The notes under the pieces: generated by a model | What the model saw: only the letters and a program-made list of their open reading frames with translations | Databases searched by the model: none | What the model was told of the DNA's origin: nothing | Position numbers and translations under genes: made by a program | Shown here: positions 21,707-32,264 of the stretch, in pieces | Layout of the letters: every line of letters starts with the position of its first letter | Numbering within the stretch: the stretch's first letter is position 1 | Origin: a bacterium | Lineage (GTDB): Bacteria > Zhuqueibacterota > Zhuqueibacteria > Oceanimicrobiales > Oceanimicrobiaceae | Reading direction: 5' to 3' | DNA length: 64,000 nt | Assembly: GCA_046757025.1 (NCBI GenBank) | Contig: JBHHXN010000013.1 | Location: 1 to 64,000 of the forward strand

Positions 21707-22726
21707 ATGGATTCCATTACACAAATCACGCTGGGAGCGGCCGTAGGCGAAGCGGTTTTGGGAAGAAAGGTCGGCAACAAAGCGGTCATCTGGGGAGCGG
21801 CCGCTGGCATGATTCCAGATTTAGATGTGTTAGCCGCGCCACTGCTGAGCGACGTTCAACGTTTGACTTTCCACCGCGGCTTTTCGCATTCCATCGTTTT
21901 TGCGGTCATGTTTGCCCCCATCCTCGCTTACCTGATTTACAAAATTCATTCGAAAAGTGAAACAGATTGGCGCGATTGGACCAAACTCACCTTCTGGAGC
22001 ATTTTTACGCATCCGCTGTTGGACAGCTTCACCAATTACGGCACCCAGCTTTTTCAGCCGTTCAGTGATTACCAGGTGGCTTTTAATACCATATTTGTGG
22101 TGGACCCATTTTATACAGTGCCGTTCTTGATCAGCGTGATCGCTCTGATGTTTTTCCAACGCACCTCCCGTAAGCGTCGAATACTATGCTATCTGGGTTT
22201 GACCGTCAGCAGCCTCTATTTAGGCTTGACCGTGGTCAACAAACTCTACATCAACCATGTCTTTGAAAAAGCCTTAAAGCAGCAGAATATCTCCTACCAG
22301 CGTTATTTCACCAATCCTACGCCGTTCAACAACCTTCTCTGGCGGGGTGTTGTGGAAGATGAAAACGGCTATTATGAAGGTCTGTATTCCCTGCTGGATC
22401 TGGATAACCGAATTCAATTTCGCTACATTGCTAAAAATCACCATTTGCTGGAGACCCTGAAAAATCATCAGGAAGTTGACCACCTGACACGCGCTTCCAA
22501 AGGATTTTTCGTGATTTCTAAAAAGGACAGCGTTTTATATTTTAACGATTTGCGATTCGGTAAACTGGATATGGGGCTGCAGGACGGCGGTGAATATCTG
22601 TTTTCCTTTCAAATTGACCAAGATGAGCGCGATGGCGACAAAGTGGTGGTGCAGCGAAATTATCCAGTCAGATGGCCAAACAAAAAGGTGTTTAATCTGT
22701 TTTATCAACGGATTTTGGGAATTTAA
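21707..22726 (+). CDS. Membrane-bound metal-dependent hydrolase (YdjM family)
   Basis: MDSITQITLG, PDLD, HRGFSHS and THPLLDSFTNYGT. Confidence 0.88.
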   Translation: MDSITQITLGAAVGEAVLGRKVGNKAVIWGAAAGMIPDLDVLAAPLLSDVQRLTFHRGFSHSIVFAVMFAPILAYLIYKIHSKSETDWRDWTKLTFWSIFTHPLLDSFTNYGTQLFQPFSDYQVAFNTIFVVDPFYTVPFLISVIALMFFQRTSRKRRILCYLGLTVSSLYLGLTVVNKLYINHVFEKALKQQNISYQRYFTNPTPFNNLLWRGVVEDENGYYEGLYSLLDLDNRIQFRYIAKNHHLLETLKNHQEVDHLTRASKGFFVISKKDSVLYFNDLRFGKLDMGLQDGGEYLFSFQIDQDERDGDKVVVQRNYPVRWPNKKVFNLFYQRILGI

Positions 22727-22876
22727 ATTTTAAGTCGTTTGCACCAGTTTCGAATTGTTTGCCCGCCAGGATTAACATGATATCATGAATGAATCCACCG
22801 AGCGAAAAACCATTTTGTTGAAATTGAAGTGACGACAAACTTTGTCTTTCTGAATGTTCATAATTCTCCTAATTCC

Positions 22877-22905
22877 TTGACATTTTGCAATTCGATATTT
22901 AATTT
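22877..22905 (+). promoter_or_regulatory. Sigma70-type promoter, probably giving a leaderless transcript
   Basis: TTGACA-17 bp-TAATTT ending 6 nt before the ATG at 22912. Confidence 0.5.
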
Positions 22906-22911
22906 AAAATT

Positions 22912-23610
22912 ATGGAATCCATCAATTTTGCCGATTTGTTCACCTGGTACGTAGCGTTTTTATTTTCATTCACCGCCCATGAAGCCTCGCACGCCCTGGC
23001 CGCCATGAAAGGCGGAGATTACACGGCCTACCTGGTGGGACAGGTTACCCTCAACCCAATTCCCCACATTAAGCGTTCACCGTTTGGCACGGTGGTGGTG
23101 CCGTTGATCTCGTTTTTTCTGTTCGGCTGGATGCTGGGCTGGGCCAGCGCACCGTATGATCCTCATTGGGCGGCGCGGCATCCCAGAAAGGCGGCCTGGA
23201 TGGCGGCTGCCGGACCGGCAGCCAACCTGACCATCGCCGTCTTGGCGTTTTTTATCATGAAATTGGGGCTGGCCGCCGAAGTTTTTTCCGCACCCATGAG
23301 AGAGCAGATCTCTTTTACCAGCATCGTGGTGGCCGAACAGGGTATGTGGTTTGGCCTGGCGAAATTGCTCAGCGTATTATTAATTTTAAATCTGATTTTA
23401 TTCATTTTTAATTTATTTCCGTTCCCGCCACTGGACGGTCACAGCGTCATCACGCTTTTTATGTCTGACCAGACTGCCTTAAAATTCAAAAGCATGATGA
23501 GTCAGCCCGCCTTCTCCTTTTTAGGCATTATTCTCGCCTGGAGAGCCTTTCCTTATGTTTTCCGCGAAGTGTTTTCAATCGTGTTCCGTTTATTGCATCC
23601 CGAGTTCTAA
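22912..23610 (+). CDS. Site-2 protease (M50)
   Basis: HEASH, AAGPAAN and NLFPFPPLDG. Confidence 0.9.
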   Translation: MESINFADLFTWYVAFLFSFTAHEASHALAAMKGGDYTAYLVGQVTLNPIPHIKRSPFGTVVVPLISFFLFGWMLGWASAPYDPHWAARHPRKAAWMAAAGPAANLTIAVLAFFIMKLGLAAEVFSAPMREQISFTSIVVAEQGMWFGLAKLLSVLLILNLILFIFNLFPFPPLDGHSVITLFMSDQTALKFKSMMSQPAFSFLGIILAWRAFPYVFREVFSIVFRLLHPEF

Positions 23611-23817
23611 TTTTCCGCAAAAGTCTATTCCGGTGTTATTTTTTTAATTAATCGTAAATTACCTGAATTAGATTAAAATTATTTCCTGTTAATTTTTCTT
23701 CATTTTGCTATTTCTTTTGTATTTATAAATTGTATTAGCTTGATACAATCGTATTTTTTTTCGATAAATTCCATTCATTTCCTCTCGTTTTTTAAGAGTC
23801 CAGCTAAAGGAGTTCAA

Positions 23818-24948
23818 ATGAAATCATTGATTGTCTTGATTCTGGTGCTTGTTATCTTTATGCCGGTCTTTGCTCAAGTTCGGGTGAGTCATCGGTTTGT
23901 GAACGACAACGCACTGGAGGTGTTTTTTCTAAAGGACTTTGATATCAACACGCCTTCCACCGGACCGCCCATATTTTTTATTGATATCCAAAATGATGCG
24001 ACACAAAGACTTGTGATTCTTAACCTCACTATTTCAAGCCGAGAACATGGCAATTTATCCCGCGGCGAGACCCGGCCGTTTCCGTTGTCGCCAAATCAGT
24101 TGTTGAGCTTGACCAACAATCATCTTTTTTCCAATGTTGGTGAATATCGATTCGACCGCTATCAAATTGCCGATAATGTGGTAAAACGCCTGCTAAGAGA
24201 TGTGTTGTCCACCGGTAAATTACCATCCGACATCTACCAGTTTGAAGTGGTGGTCAGAGATGCTCAGCAGAATGCTTTGTTGGATAGTGACCAATTTGAT
24301 ATTCGCGTCACCAACCCTAAAAAAGTCGATTTGATCTTTCCGGGGCATCCTGCAACGGGCAGGCGCCATGACTGCCAGGAGATATTTACCAACCTGCCGC
24401 AATTTCGCTGGGAATCGAGAATGAAACGCTTTCTGGTGACCGTCGCGGAAGCGCGGCCGGGCGAAGATCCGGAGAACGTGTTAAATCAGCAGCCCCGTTT
24501 TAGGCGATTGTTTGTGCTGCACGATAGAACCGGACTGGATGCTTCATCGACTGGCGCAGATTTTTCAGCTCGCGTGCAGCGCATTCCGGCTACCTCGTTT
24601 CAATATCCCGCCACCGGTGAAATCCTCACGCTTCGGCCGGGAAAAACCTATTTTTGGCGGGCAAGTGGAATTGTCGAAACCTCCAGCGGGCCCATGGAAA
24701 TCAAAAGCGAAATCTATTGTTTTCGCATCGCCAAGCTCGATGAGATGGGCAATCGCAAACAGCAATTTGAATTTATCTTGCGAAATATCATGGGCTCCGA
24801 TTTTGACGATCTTTTTGGAGAAGGCGGCGAGCTGGAAGGCTACATCCCCAAGCAATTTGTGCTGGATGGCGAAACGGTGAGTTTTGCGGAGCTGGTGCGC
24901 AAACTCAAAGACCTTTCCGCCAATTACAAAGGGTATCGAATTGAATAA
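23818..24948 (+). CDS. Secreted hypothetical protein (beta-rich)
   Basis: AAGGAG RBS; signal peptide MKSLIVLILVLVIFMPVFA-Q; FN3-like GKTYFWR motif. Confidence 0.7.
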   Translation: MKSLIVLILVLVIFMPVFAQVRVSHRFVNDNALEVFFLKDFDINTPSTGPPIFFIDIQNDATQRLVILNLTISSREHGNLSRGETRPFPLSPNQLLSLTNNHLFSNVGEYRFDRYQIADNVVKRLLRDVLSTGKLPSDIYQFEVVVRDAQQNALLDSDQFDIRVTNPKKVDLIFPGHPATGRRHDCQEIFTNLPQFRWESRMKRFLVTVAEARPGEDPENVLNQQPRFRRLFVLHDRTGLDASSTGADFSARVQRIPATSFQYPATGEILTLRPGKTYFWRASGIVETSSGPMEIKSEIYCFRIAKLDEMGNRKQQFEFILRNIMGSDFDDLFGEGGELEGYIPKQFVLDGETVSFAELVRKLKDLSANYKGYRIE

Positions 24949-24961
24949 ATGCATTAAAAAT

Positions 24962-25156
24962 ATAGGGCTTCACAAAACATGAAGAAAGTTTGACTAAAAA
25001 ACAAGTACTTACGGTACTTTTCTTTTGGTGTTATTTTGGCTGAAATTGCAATAACTCATTTAATAACAGCTAATTAAGTACAGGAGGAAAAGCACCAAAA
25101 AGGTGGTTTTGTAACACCTTGTAAAATAATAACTTCTGAGTTTTGTGCAACCCTAT
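24962..25156. mobile_element. MITE-like element (~195 bp)
   Basis: TIRs ATAGGGCTTCACAAAAC / GTTTTGTGCAACCCTAT (15/17); AT-rich non-coding interior. Confidence 0.55.
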
Positions 25157-25182
25157 TAAAAATAACGATAAAGGAATAGGTT

Positions 25183-25860
25183 ATGTTGAGATATTTGAAG
25201 ATTCTGTGGCTGACATGTCTGGTTTCAGCCGGTTACTTAACTTATTTATATGCCGCCGCAGACGACAAAGATGTGGCGCTGATGTTGAAAGCAAAGGGTA
25301 AAGTGGAACTGAGTAGAAACGGTAATAGCCAATGGTATAAGGTGCGCCGCGGCTCCAGAATCAATTCGGGCGAGGTGATCCGCACCGGTGACAAATCTCT
25401 GGCCGCGATGGTTTTCACCGATGACAAGTCGCTGCTGAAAGTCCGCTCCAATTCAAATATCACTATCCATGGTAAGCGGGAAAACAATTCCATCATCAAA
25501 AGATTGTCTTTGAGTTTTGGGGAAATGTGGGCGAAAGTGACGCGCCAGAAAACGTCCATGCGCGTGGAAACGCCGTCCGGAGTGGCCACGGTAAAAGGCA
25601 CGGAATTCAATGCTTTGTATGTCAACGACAACTTTCTGGTGTACTGTCAAACCGGCCTAATCGAAATGTTCAACCAATTCGGTACCATGATGCTGGGCGC
25701 CAATGAAATGGGCCGTTTGATTCAGGGGGCACCGCCGGAGCGAATACAAGGGGATCCGAACGATATCTTTAACCTGAGCAATGATGACGAAGGCGCCAAT
25801 CTGGAAATTGAGTTTGAAGATTCAGAGGGAAACAAGAAAAAATTGGTCATTGAGTTTTAA
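25183..25860 (+). CDS. Secreted FecR-domain protein
   Basis: Signal peptide; GEVIRTG and VETPSGVATVKGTEF. Confidence 0.85.
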   Translation: MLRYLKILWLTCLVSAGYLTYLYAAADDKDVALMLKAKGKVELSRNGNSQWYKVRRGSRINSGEVIRTGDKSLAAMVFTDDKSLLKVRSNSNITIHGKRENNSIIKRLSLSFGEMWAKVTRQKTSMRVETPSGVATVKGTEFNALYVNDNFLVYCQTGLIEMFNQFGTMMLGANEMGRLIQGAPPERIQGDPNDIFNLSNDDEGANLEIEFEDSEGNKKKLVIEF

Positions 25861-25877
25861 TTGTGGTCGAGGTGTAC

Positions 25878-28481
25878 ATGAAGGTAAAATTTTTATGCCT
25901 GTTCTTTGTTGTTGTGGGCTGTTTCGTCATTAAAATCGAACATTCCCAATCGGCAGTTCCAAAACCAAATACAATGAAAGCGCAGATCATTCATGCGCCG
26001 GTGGCAGCGGTTTCAGAAAATGAGAATTTCATCATCGAAGCCCGGGTAGATGGCGGCGGAAACCAGCCAATGTTTATGAGGTTGTATTTCAAATCAAAAG
26101 AAGCCGATTCCTTCGATTACCTTGAAATGACTAAAAACGGTTCGGGATTTTTTGCTGAATTGAAACCAGGACAATTTTCCGCGCCCGAGCTGCACTACTT
26201 TTTGCTGGTACTGCTTTCGGACCAGTCGGTTATCACCATGCCGGAATGGAATCCCTACGGTTCCCCTCTGAAAGTGGCGGTGACCCCGGGAATGGCCACG
26301 AAAACTCCAGTGGTGACTTTACCGCCTTCGGTGCCGGAAACCAGCCAGCCGGAATTTTTGCCGGATTCTACAACGCAGGAATGGCCGCCTGTGGATGTCC
26401 AACCGCTGGATCCGCAGCCCCTGGATACGCCGGAGGATGAATCGCCCTTGTTGATTTTGAGCCCGGAGCCGGACGAAATCCTGGAAGTTGGAGAAGATGT
26501 TTTGATTGCGGTTTCATTCGGGTTCAGCGCCATTCAGGTGGACGCCCTCAGCTTAAATTTGTTTATCGACGGAGTCAATGTGAGCGGGGAGGCCGAAATT
26601 TCTGATAACATCATGACTTTCACTGCGTCCCAATTGCTGCCTGGGGAGCACCATGTGTTGGTACAAGCTTATCAGACCAACGGTGCGGCCATTCCCGCGG
26701 TTGATTGGAAATTTCAAGTGAAAGGAGAAGTCAAAAAACGCACGGTGGTCACGAATCATTTTCGCGGGTTGGCATACGCAGAGTCGCGGCAGGAAAATAT
26801 CAGTGCTCAAAAATTCACCGACAACAATATTGGCGGGAGTTTTTTTGGAGAATACGGCAAAGCCAAATTCGACGCCAGAGTGCATTTCACCTCTCGTGAG
26901 AGCAGTCAATTCCAGGCCAGAAATCGCTTTACCTTAAATGTGGATTTGCCGGTGATCGGATTTACTCTGGGCGATACCTATCCCCGTTTCAACGATCTCA
27001 TGCTCTGGGGTAAAAGAGTGCGCGGTGTGCACGGCCGGATTCATCTGGGCTTTTTCAATATCGATGTGGTGCACGGCGAAACCAACCGCCGCGTGGGACC
27101 GGTTTTTCAACTAAATGTTGCCGGGCAAGACTCGCTGGTGAGCTTCGGCACGCATCGGCAGCGCTTGTTGGGCATCCGTCAGAGCTTTGGCAGCGGTCGA
27201 AATTTTCAACTGGGATTCAATCTGCTCAAAGTGAAAGATGATACTACCTCTTTGAAAACCGGCGAATACAGCGTCCCGCCGCAGGACAATCTGGTGGCTG
27301 GCTCGGACTTTTTGTTAGCTTTTGACAATCACCGAATTGAGTTGCGAGCCAGCGCTGCAGTGAGTCTGGTCACCACCGATATTTCCACGGGTACCATCAG
27401 TAAAGCTGAAATTGAAGATCAATTCGATGTGGAGCTGCCGTTTGATCCGGCTGAGTTTAACAAATATCTTATCATCAACTCCAGCACCACGCCCCTGGAT
27501 CCCAGGGATTTAACCTCGCTGGCTTACAATATCAATTTCAGATTCAATTATTTCAACAACGATATTCAAGTGGGATTCAAAACCATTGGCTCAGAATACG
27601 TGTCCCTGGGTAATTCCTTTCTGAGAACCAATTTGCAGGGATTTTATTTTAGCGACCGTTTGCGATTGTTTAAAAACAAAGTGTATTTGAATCTGGGTAT
27701 TGAAAATTATCAGGACAATTTTGATCCGGATGATCAAAATCTCACCACCCGCTTGACCACGGTCAACTCGGGGATTTCCTTTTTTCCGGGGCCGGGCTTG
27801 CCGAATTTGACCGTCAATTTTCGAAACCACAATCGCAACAATGGTGAAGTCGATCTCGACATCGACACTTCGAGCGCGGTTCCGGATACCACGGATAATC
27901 GAGAAAACAACGACACCCGGGACGTCAGCGTGCAGTTGAATTACGACGTAGATTTCATGCAGCTGCGCAACTCCATCACGGTGAGCTACATCACGTCAGA
28001 TCGCAATGATCACTTCGGCACCAGCCGGTTGGATGGCATCAATTTAACAGAAACCTCGTCAAATGTGGAGCTGGTTTCGGTGCGCACGCAGTATCGATTC
28101 CCCTTGACGACTACCATCAATTTTGCGCGCAATGAAAACAAATTTTCTGGCGGTCAAAATAATTTCAAATTTAATTTGTTGGGCGCCCGTGCAGAGTACG
28201 CTTTTTTTAACAGAAAGCTGCGCACGCACTTTGCTACTAATTACACCACTGCTGCGGGCCTCACCACCATCGATGATACCACCCAAACCATCACGGATTA
28301 CAAACGCCTGGCTTTCAATATTGGGGCGCGCTTCGAATTTGCATCCGGACATTTCCTGTATTTAGATGGTCACTTGATCCGTTTCGACGATGCCGGCGGC
28401 ACTTTCACTCCCACAACTTCGACCCTTAATCCATCGTTCACCGACCGAATATTCCGTATCTATTACGAAAAGAGATTTTAG
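25878..28481 (+). CDS. Large outer-membrane beta-barrel protein with N-terminal Ig-like domains and a Pro-rich linker
   Basis: Signal peptide; alternating beta-strand pattern; terminal Phe (YYEKRF). Confidence 0.65.
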   Translation: MKVKFLCLFFVVVGCFVIKIEHSQSAVPKPNTMKAQIIHAPVAAVSENENFIIEARVDGGGNQPMFMRLYFKSKEADSFDYLEMTKNGSGFFAELKPGQFSAPELHYFLLVLLSDQSVITMPEWNPYGSPLKVAVTPGMATKTPVVTLPPSVPETSQPEFLPDSTTQEWPPVDVQPLDPQPLDTPEDESPLLILSPEPDEILEVGEDVLIAVSFGFSAIQVDALSLNLFIDGVNVSGEAEISDNIMTFTASQLLPGEHHVLVQAYQTNGAAIPAVDWKFQVKGEVKKRTVVTNHFRGLAYAESRQENISAQKFTDNNIGGSFFGEYGKAKFDARVHFTSRESSQFQARNRFTLNVDLPVIGFTLGDTYPRFNDLMLWGKRVRGVHGRIHLGFFNIDVVHGETNRRVGPVFQLNVAGQDSLVSFGTHRQRLLGIRQSFGSGRNFQLGFNLLKVKDDTTSLKTGEYSVPPQDNLVAGSDFLLAFDNHRIELRASAAVSLVTTDISTGTISKAEIEDQFDVELPFDPAEFNKYLIINSSTTPLDPRDLTSLAYNINFRFNYFNNDIQVGFKTIGSEYVSLGNSFLRTNLQGFYFSDRLRLFKNKVYLNLGIENYQDNFDPDDQNLTTRLTTVNSGISFFPGPGLPNLTVNFRNHNRNNGEVDLDIDTSSAVPDTTDNRENNDTRDVSVQLNYDVDFMQLRNSITVSYITSDRNDHFGTSRLDGINLTETSSNVELVSVRTQYRFPLTTTINFARNENKFSGGQNNFKFNLLGARAEYAFFNRKLRTHFATNYTTAAGLTTIDDTTQTITDYKRLAFNIGARFEFASGHFLYLDGHLIRFDDAGGTFTPTTSTLNPSFTDRIFRIYYEKRF

Positions 28482-28508
28482 AACTTTTTACGGCTAAAGG
28501 AGTTTAAG

Positions 28509-28538
28509 AAGGCAGTGGTTTAACTAACCCTGCCTTTT
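28509..28538 (+). terminator. Terminator-like hairpin
   Basis: AAGGCAG..CTGCCTT followed by TT, between the barrel gene and the cyclase gene. Confidence 0.45.
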
Positions 28539-28548
28539 AGACTTAAAG

Positions 28549-30681
28549 TTGCTGAAGCCTGTGCAAAAACTCATACGAATTTGGAAACAGAGATGGCTGT
28601 TTGGCGCAGTCCTTGCTTTTTTCTCGGCCGTCCTCGCGTTGATTCTGGCAAACACTTCCCAATTTGAAAACTTTGAGCTGAAAACCTATGATGCGCGTCT
28701 GGAGTATCGCGGACAAATGGACGCGCGCCAGGATAACATCGTCATCGTGGCTATCGATGACCAGAGCTTCATCGGCTTGCAGGAGAAATGGCCGTTTTCG
28801 AGAACCTTGTTTGCAAAAGCCGTTCTCAATTTATTTGAAGCCGGCGCCAAATTAATCATCTTGGATATAGAGCTGGTGGAACCCAGTCGAGGCGATATTA
28901 AACAGGACATGGTACTTGCTGGAGCCATCAAAAGGGCCGGCAATGTTATATTAGCCGGCAAAATGGTCACGGAATTTGCAGCGAATGACATCGTCAATAC
29001 GTACGTTCTGCCGCCCTTTCCGTTGTTGCAGAACACCGGCGCCAGGTGGGGGCTGATCAACATCGATGAAGATAAAGATGGCTTTATCCGCCGTTATCTG
29101 CTTTTTCTCACCCGAAACAACAAATACTATTTCCCGTTGAGCATAGAAGCCTATTTGGCTTTAAGTCGCCTTGACGGAAAAAGCGGTAAGATTTCCACAA
29201 ACGATGAATATTTTAATATTGGCGATCTGCAAATTCCCAAAAAAGATTACAACACCACGCTGATCAATTTTCGGGGTCCCGCAAAGTCTTTTCCCACCTA
29301 TTCTTTTTCAGCTATCCTGGATGACGAATATTTCGATTTGCACGGAGACGAGGATACGGATATTTTTGAATTTTATAAGCTGGATGATACCTTCAAAGAT
29401 AAAATCGTATTCATCGGCGCTTCGGTGGAAGAGCTGCAGGACACTAAATTTACGCCTTTTTTTAAATACAAAGGAAAACAAAGAAAGCTGCCGGGAGTGG
29501 AGCTGCATGCCAATGCGCTGAGCACGCTTCTGCGGGGAGATTTCATCAAACAGCAGGGGGTTTTCGCCGCGATTATTTCGGTATTTTTGATGTCCGGTTT
29601 GGCTATGTTTTTCACCAAGTGGTTAAAGCCGTTTCGAGGGATGTTTGCGGTCATCGGGTTAATGTTAGCGCTGGTGGTGTGGAGCGTGTATGCGTTTCTG
29701 CATTTTCAATTGTGGGTGCAATTCACCGCACCCTTGATGAGCATTCTAATCAGTTTTGTGGGAAACGTCGTGCACCAGACTTTGACCGAACAGAGAGAGC
29801 GCATACGCATCAAAAAGACCTGGCAGCATTTCATGGCCAAAAATGTCATCGACAATATGCTCGATAACGGAGAGATGCCCACTTTCGGCGGTGAACGGCG
29901 GGAGCTGACCGTGCTGTTTTCCGACATCCGCGGATTCACTACCTTTTCTGAGCGCCACTCGTCACAAAATGTGGTGCATCGGCTGAACGAATATTTAACC
30001 TCCATGGTGGATGTGATTTTCAAAAATGAGGGCACGCTGGATAAATTTGTGGGAGATGAAATCATGGCTATTTATGGTGCCCCGCATTATTACCGCAACC
30101 ACGCGGAAAAAGCCTGCATCACCGCGCTGGAAATGGTGGACAGTTTACGAGCACTGCAAAAAAAATGGTCTCGTAAAAATATGGATTATTTTAATATTGG
30201 AATCGGCTTGAATACGGGCAAGGTGATTCTCGGCAATTTGGGGTCATCGCAACTTTTTGATTACACGGTAATCGGCGACGATGTCAATTTAGGCGCTCGT
30301 TTGGAAGGCGCAAACAAACAGTACGGAACGACGATTATCATCAGCGAACACACTTATCGAGCCGTGCGCAAGAAAGCCGTGGTACGGGAGCTGGACCTGG
30401 TACGCGTAAAAGGAAAATCCAAACCCGTACGAATTTTTGAGCTGCGCGGTATGAACCATTTGCCTGGCATTGAAAAAGAGCTCATCATCGACGTGTATTC
30501 CGAGGCTTTAAATTATTATAAAGAGCGCAAGTGGTACCAGGCCTTGCTGCAATTTAAGCGCATTCTGCGCTATTTTCCCACCGACGGCCCTTCACGTGTT
30601 TATATCAAACGCTGCCTGGATTTTATGGAACAGCCCCCGCCGGACAATTGGGACGGCGTTTATGATTTTACTACCAAATAA
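28549..30681 (+). CDS. CHASE2-domain class III adenylate cyclase
   Basis: IVIVAIDD, WPFSR and PGVELHAN (CHASE2), three TM helices, FSDIRGFT, DKFVGDE, DYTVIGDDVNLGARLEG; K/D residues indicate ATP specificity. Confidence 0.92.
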   Translation: MLKPVQKLIRIWKQRWLFGAVLAFFSAVLALILANTSQFENFELKTYDARLEYRGQMDARQDNIVIVAIDDQSFIGLQEKWPFSRTLFAKAVLNLFEAGAKLIILDIELVEPSRGDIKQDMVLAGAIKRAGNVILAGKMVTEFAANDIVNTYVLPPFPLLQNTGARWGLINIDEDKDGFIRRYLLFLTRNNKYYFPLSIEAYLALSRLDGKSGKISTNDEYFNIGDLQIPKKDYNTTLINFRGPAKSFPTYSFSAILDDEYFDLHGDEDTDIFEFYKLDDTFKDKIVFIGASVEELQDTKFTPFFKYKGKQRKLPGVELHANALSTLLRGDFIKQQGVFAAIISVFLMSGLAMFFTKWLKPFRGMFAVIGLMLALVVWSVYAFLHFQLWVQFTAPLMSILISFVGNVVHQTLTEQRERIRIKKTWQHFMAKNVIDNMLDNGEMPTFGGERRELTVLFSDIRGFTTFSERHSSQNVVHRLNEYLTSMVDVIFKNEGTLDKFVGDEIMAIYGAPHYYRNHAEKACITALEMVDSLRALQKKWSRKNMDYFNIGIGLNTGKVILGNLGSSQLFDYTVIGDDVNLGARLEGANKQYGTTIIISEHTYRAVRKKAVVRELDLVRVKGKSKPVRIFELRGMNHLPGIEKELIIDVYSEALNYYKERKWYQALLQFKRILRYFPTDGPSRVYIKRCLDFMEQPPPDNWDGVYDFTTK

Positions 30682-31006
30682 TTTTTTCCATCTTGAATGC
30701 CGATCTTTGGTGACTCCTTTACTCCTTCCCTGTCGCTCACCCCACAACCGAAAAAGCTGGATAGCTTTCAACATCTTCGAAATCCGCTCTGCCGCTTACC
30801 TATTTTATTCGTGAAAAAATTGTCACTTTTTTAAATTTGAAGCTGCGGGGAAATCTTAGGCCGGGTTCCCGCAGTCTGTGACGCCCTCACGATATTCGTG
30901 AACACTTTGCCTTGAAATGCTTCGAATATGTGTCGCTGTTTTTTAATATTTGTTCTTGATGGAATTAAAACAATCTTCCGACCGGGTGAATGCTCTGCCT
31001 TTAGTC

Positions 31007-31035
31007 TTGACAATGAGCTAATTTTATCGTATATT
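31007..31035 (+). promoter_or_regulatory. Sigma70-type promoter for prfB
   Basis: TTGACA-17 bp-TATATT. Confidence 0.7.
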
Positions 31036-31090
31036 TTCACCGTTAAAAATGGCGAGATAAAGAAATATATTCGAATCAGGAGAATTCAAA

Positions 31091-32225
31091 ATGTACCTCA
31101 TTTTAAAAGAAAAACTGGATGTTTTGGACGAGAAGGCACGCAATTTAAAGGAGTGTCTTTGACGTCGCTAAACGAGAAAACCTCATTCAGCAGTTAGAAA
31201 ATAAATCAGCGAATTCGACATTTTGGGACGATCAGGAGAAGGCGCAAAAGGTGATGCGTGAAATCAGCACGCACCGGGAATATGTCGAACTGTATAAAGA
31301 GATTCAGGCCAGCAAGGATGACATTGCAATTTTGCTGGAGCTAGCCAAAGAAGAGGATGATGCAGACACCTTTAAAGAAGTAGAAACGGAACTTCAACGA
31401 CTGGAAAAGAAAATCGCTGAAGCCGAGTTTCAAAATATGTTAGGAGAAAGGGAGGACCCCTGCAACGCCATTTTGACGATTCATCCCGGGGCAGGAGGGA
31501 CCGAATCTCAGGACTGGGCGCAGATGCTCATGCGCATGTACTTACGGTGGATTGAGAATCGCGGTTTTAAGTCCGAAATTTTTGATCAACAAAATGGCGA
31601 GGAGGCCGGCATTAAAAGCGTTACCATAGAAGTGAGCGGTAAATACGCTTATGGTTATTTGAAAGCGGAAGCCGGTGTGCATCGTCTGGTGCGCATTTCG
31701 CCATTTGATGCCAATTCCCGTCGTCACACTTCCTTTGCTTCGGTGTTTGTCTATCCCGAAATTGAAAACGATGTGGGCATAAAAATCGATGCCAATGACC
31801 TGCGCATCGATACCTACCGTGCCAGCGGCGCTGGCGGCCAGCATGTCAACAAAACAAGCTCCGCTGTTCGGATTACACACTTGCCGACCAACATCGTGGT
31901 GCAGTGCCAGAGCGAACGTTCGCAGCACCGTAATAAAGAAAGTGCCATGAAAATTCTGATGTCGCGGCTGTACCAGATGAAAAAAGAAGAAGAAGAGAAA
32001 AAACTCTCGGAGATCGAAAAAAGCAAAAAGGAAATTGCCTGGGGGAGTCAAATACGATCCTATGTATTGCATCCCTATAATATGGTTAAAGACCATCGAA
32101 CGAACGTCGAAACCAGCAATGTTCAAAGTGTGATGGATGGTCACATAGATTTGTTTATCAATGAATTTTTGGTGAGCAAAGAAAACCGTTCTCGAACGCA
32201 AATTGATTCAGACAGGACTGTTTGA
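31091..32225 (+). CDS. prfB: Peptide chain release factor 2 (programmed +1 frameshift)
   Basis: ATG 31091, 23 codons, then AAGGAG-TGT-CTT-TGA-C at 31148-31163; the +1 frame continues DVAKRE..FWDDQ; SPF and GGQ motifs. Confidence 0.96.
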
Positions 32226-32264
32226 AGAAGAGATGAATTCTGGACATGCGGTGATGCTGAATAG

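Noticed and set aside
30842..30873. CTGCGGGGAA..TTCCCGCAG hairpin considered as a riboswitch or tRNA piece
   Set aside because: Single stem with no conserved aptamer or cloverleaf features
30831..31197. Short ORFs upstream of prfB
   Set aside because: They overlap the promoter and the true frameshifted prfB 5' segment
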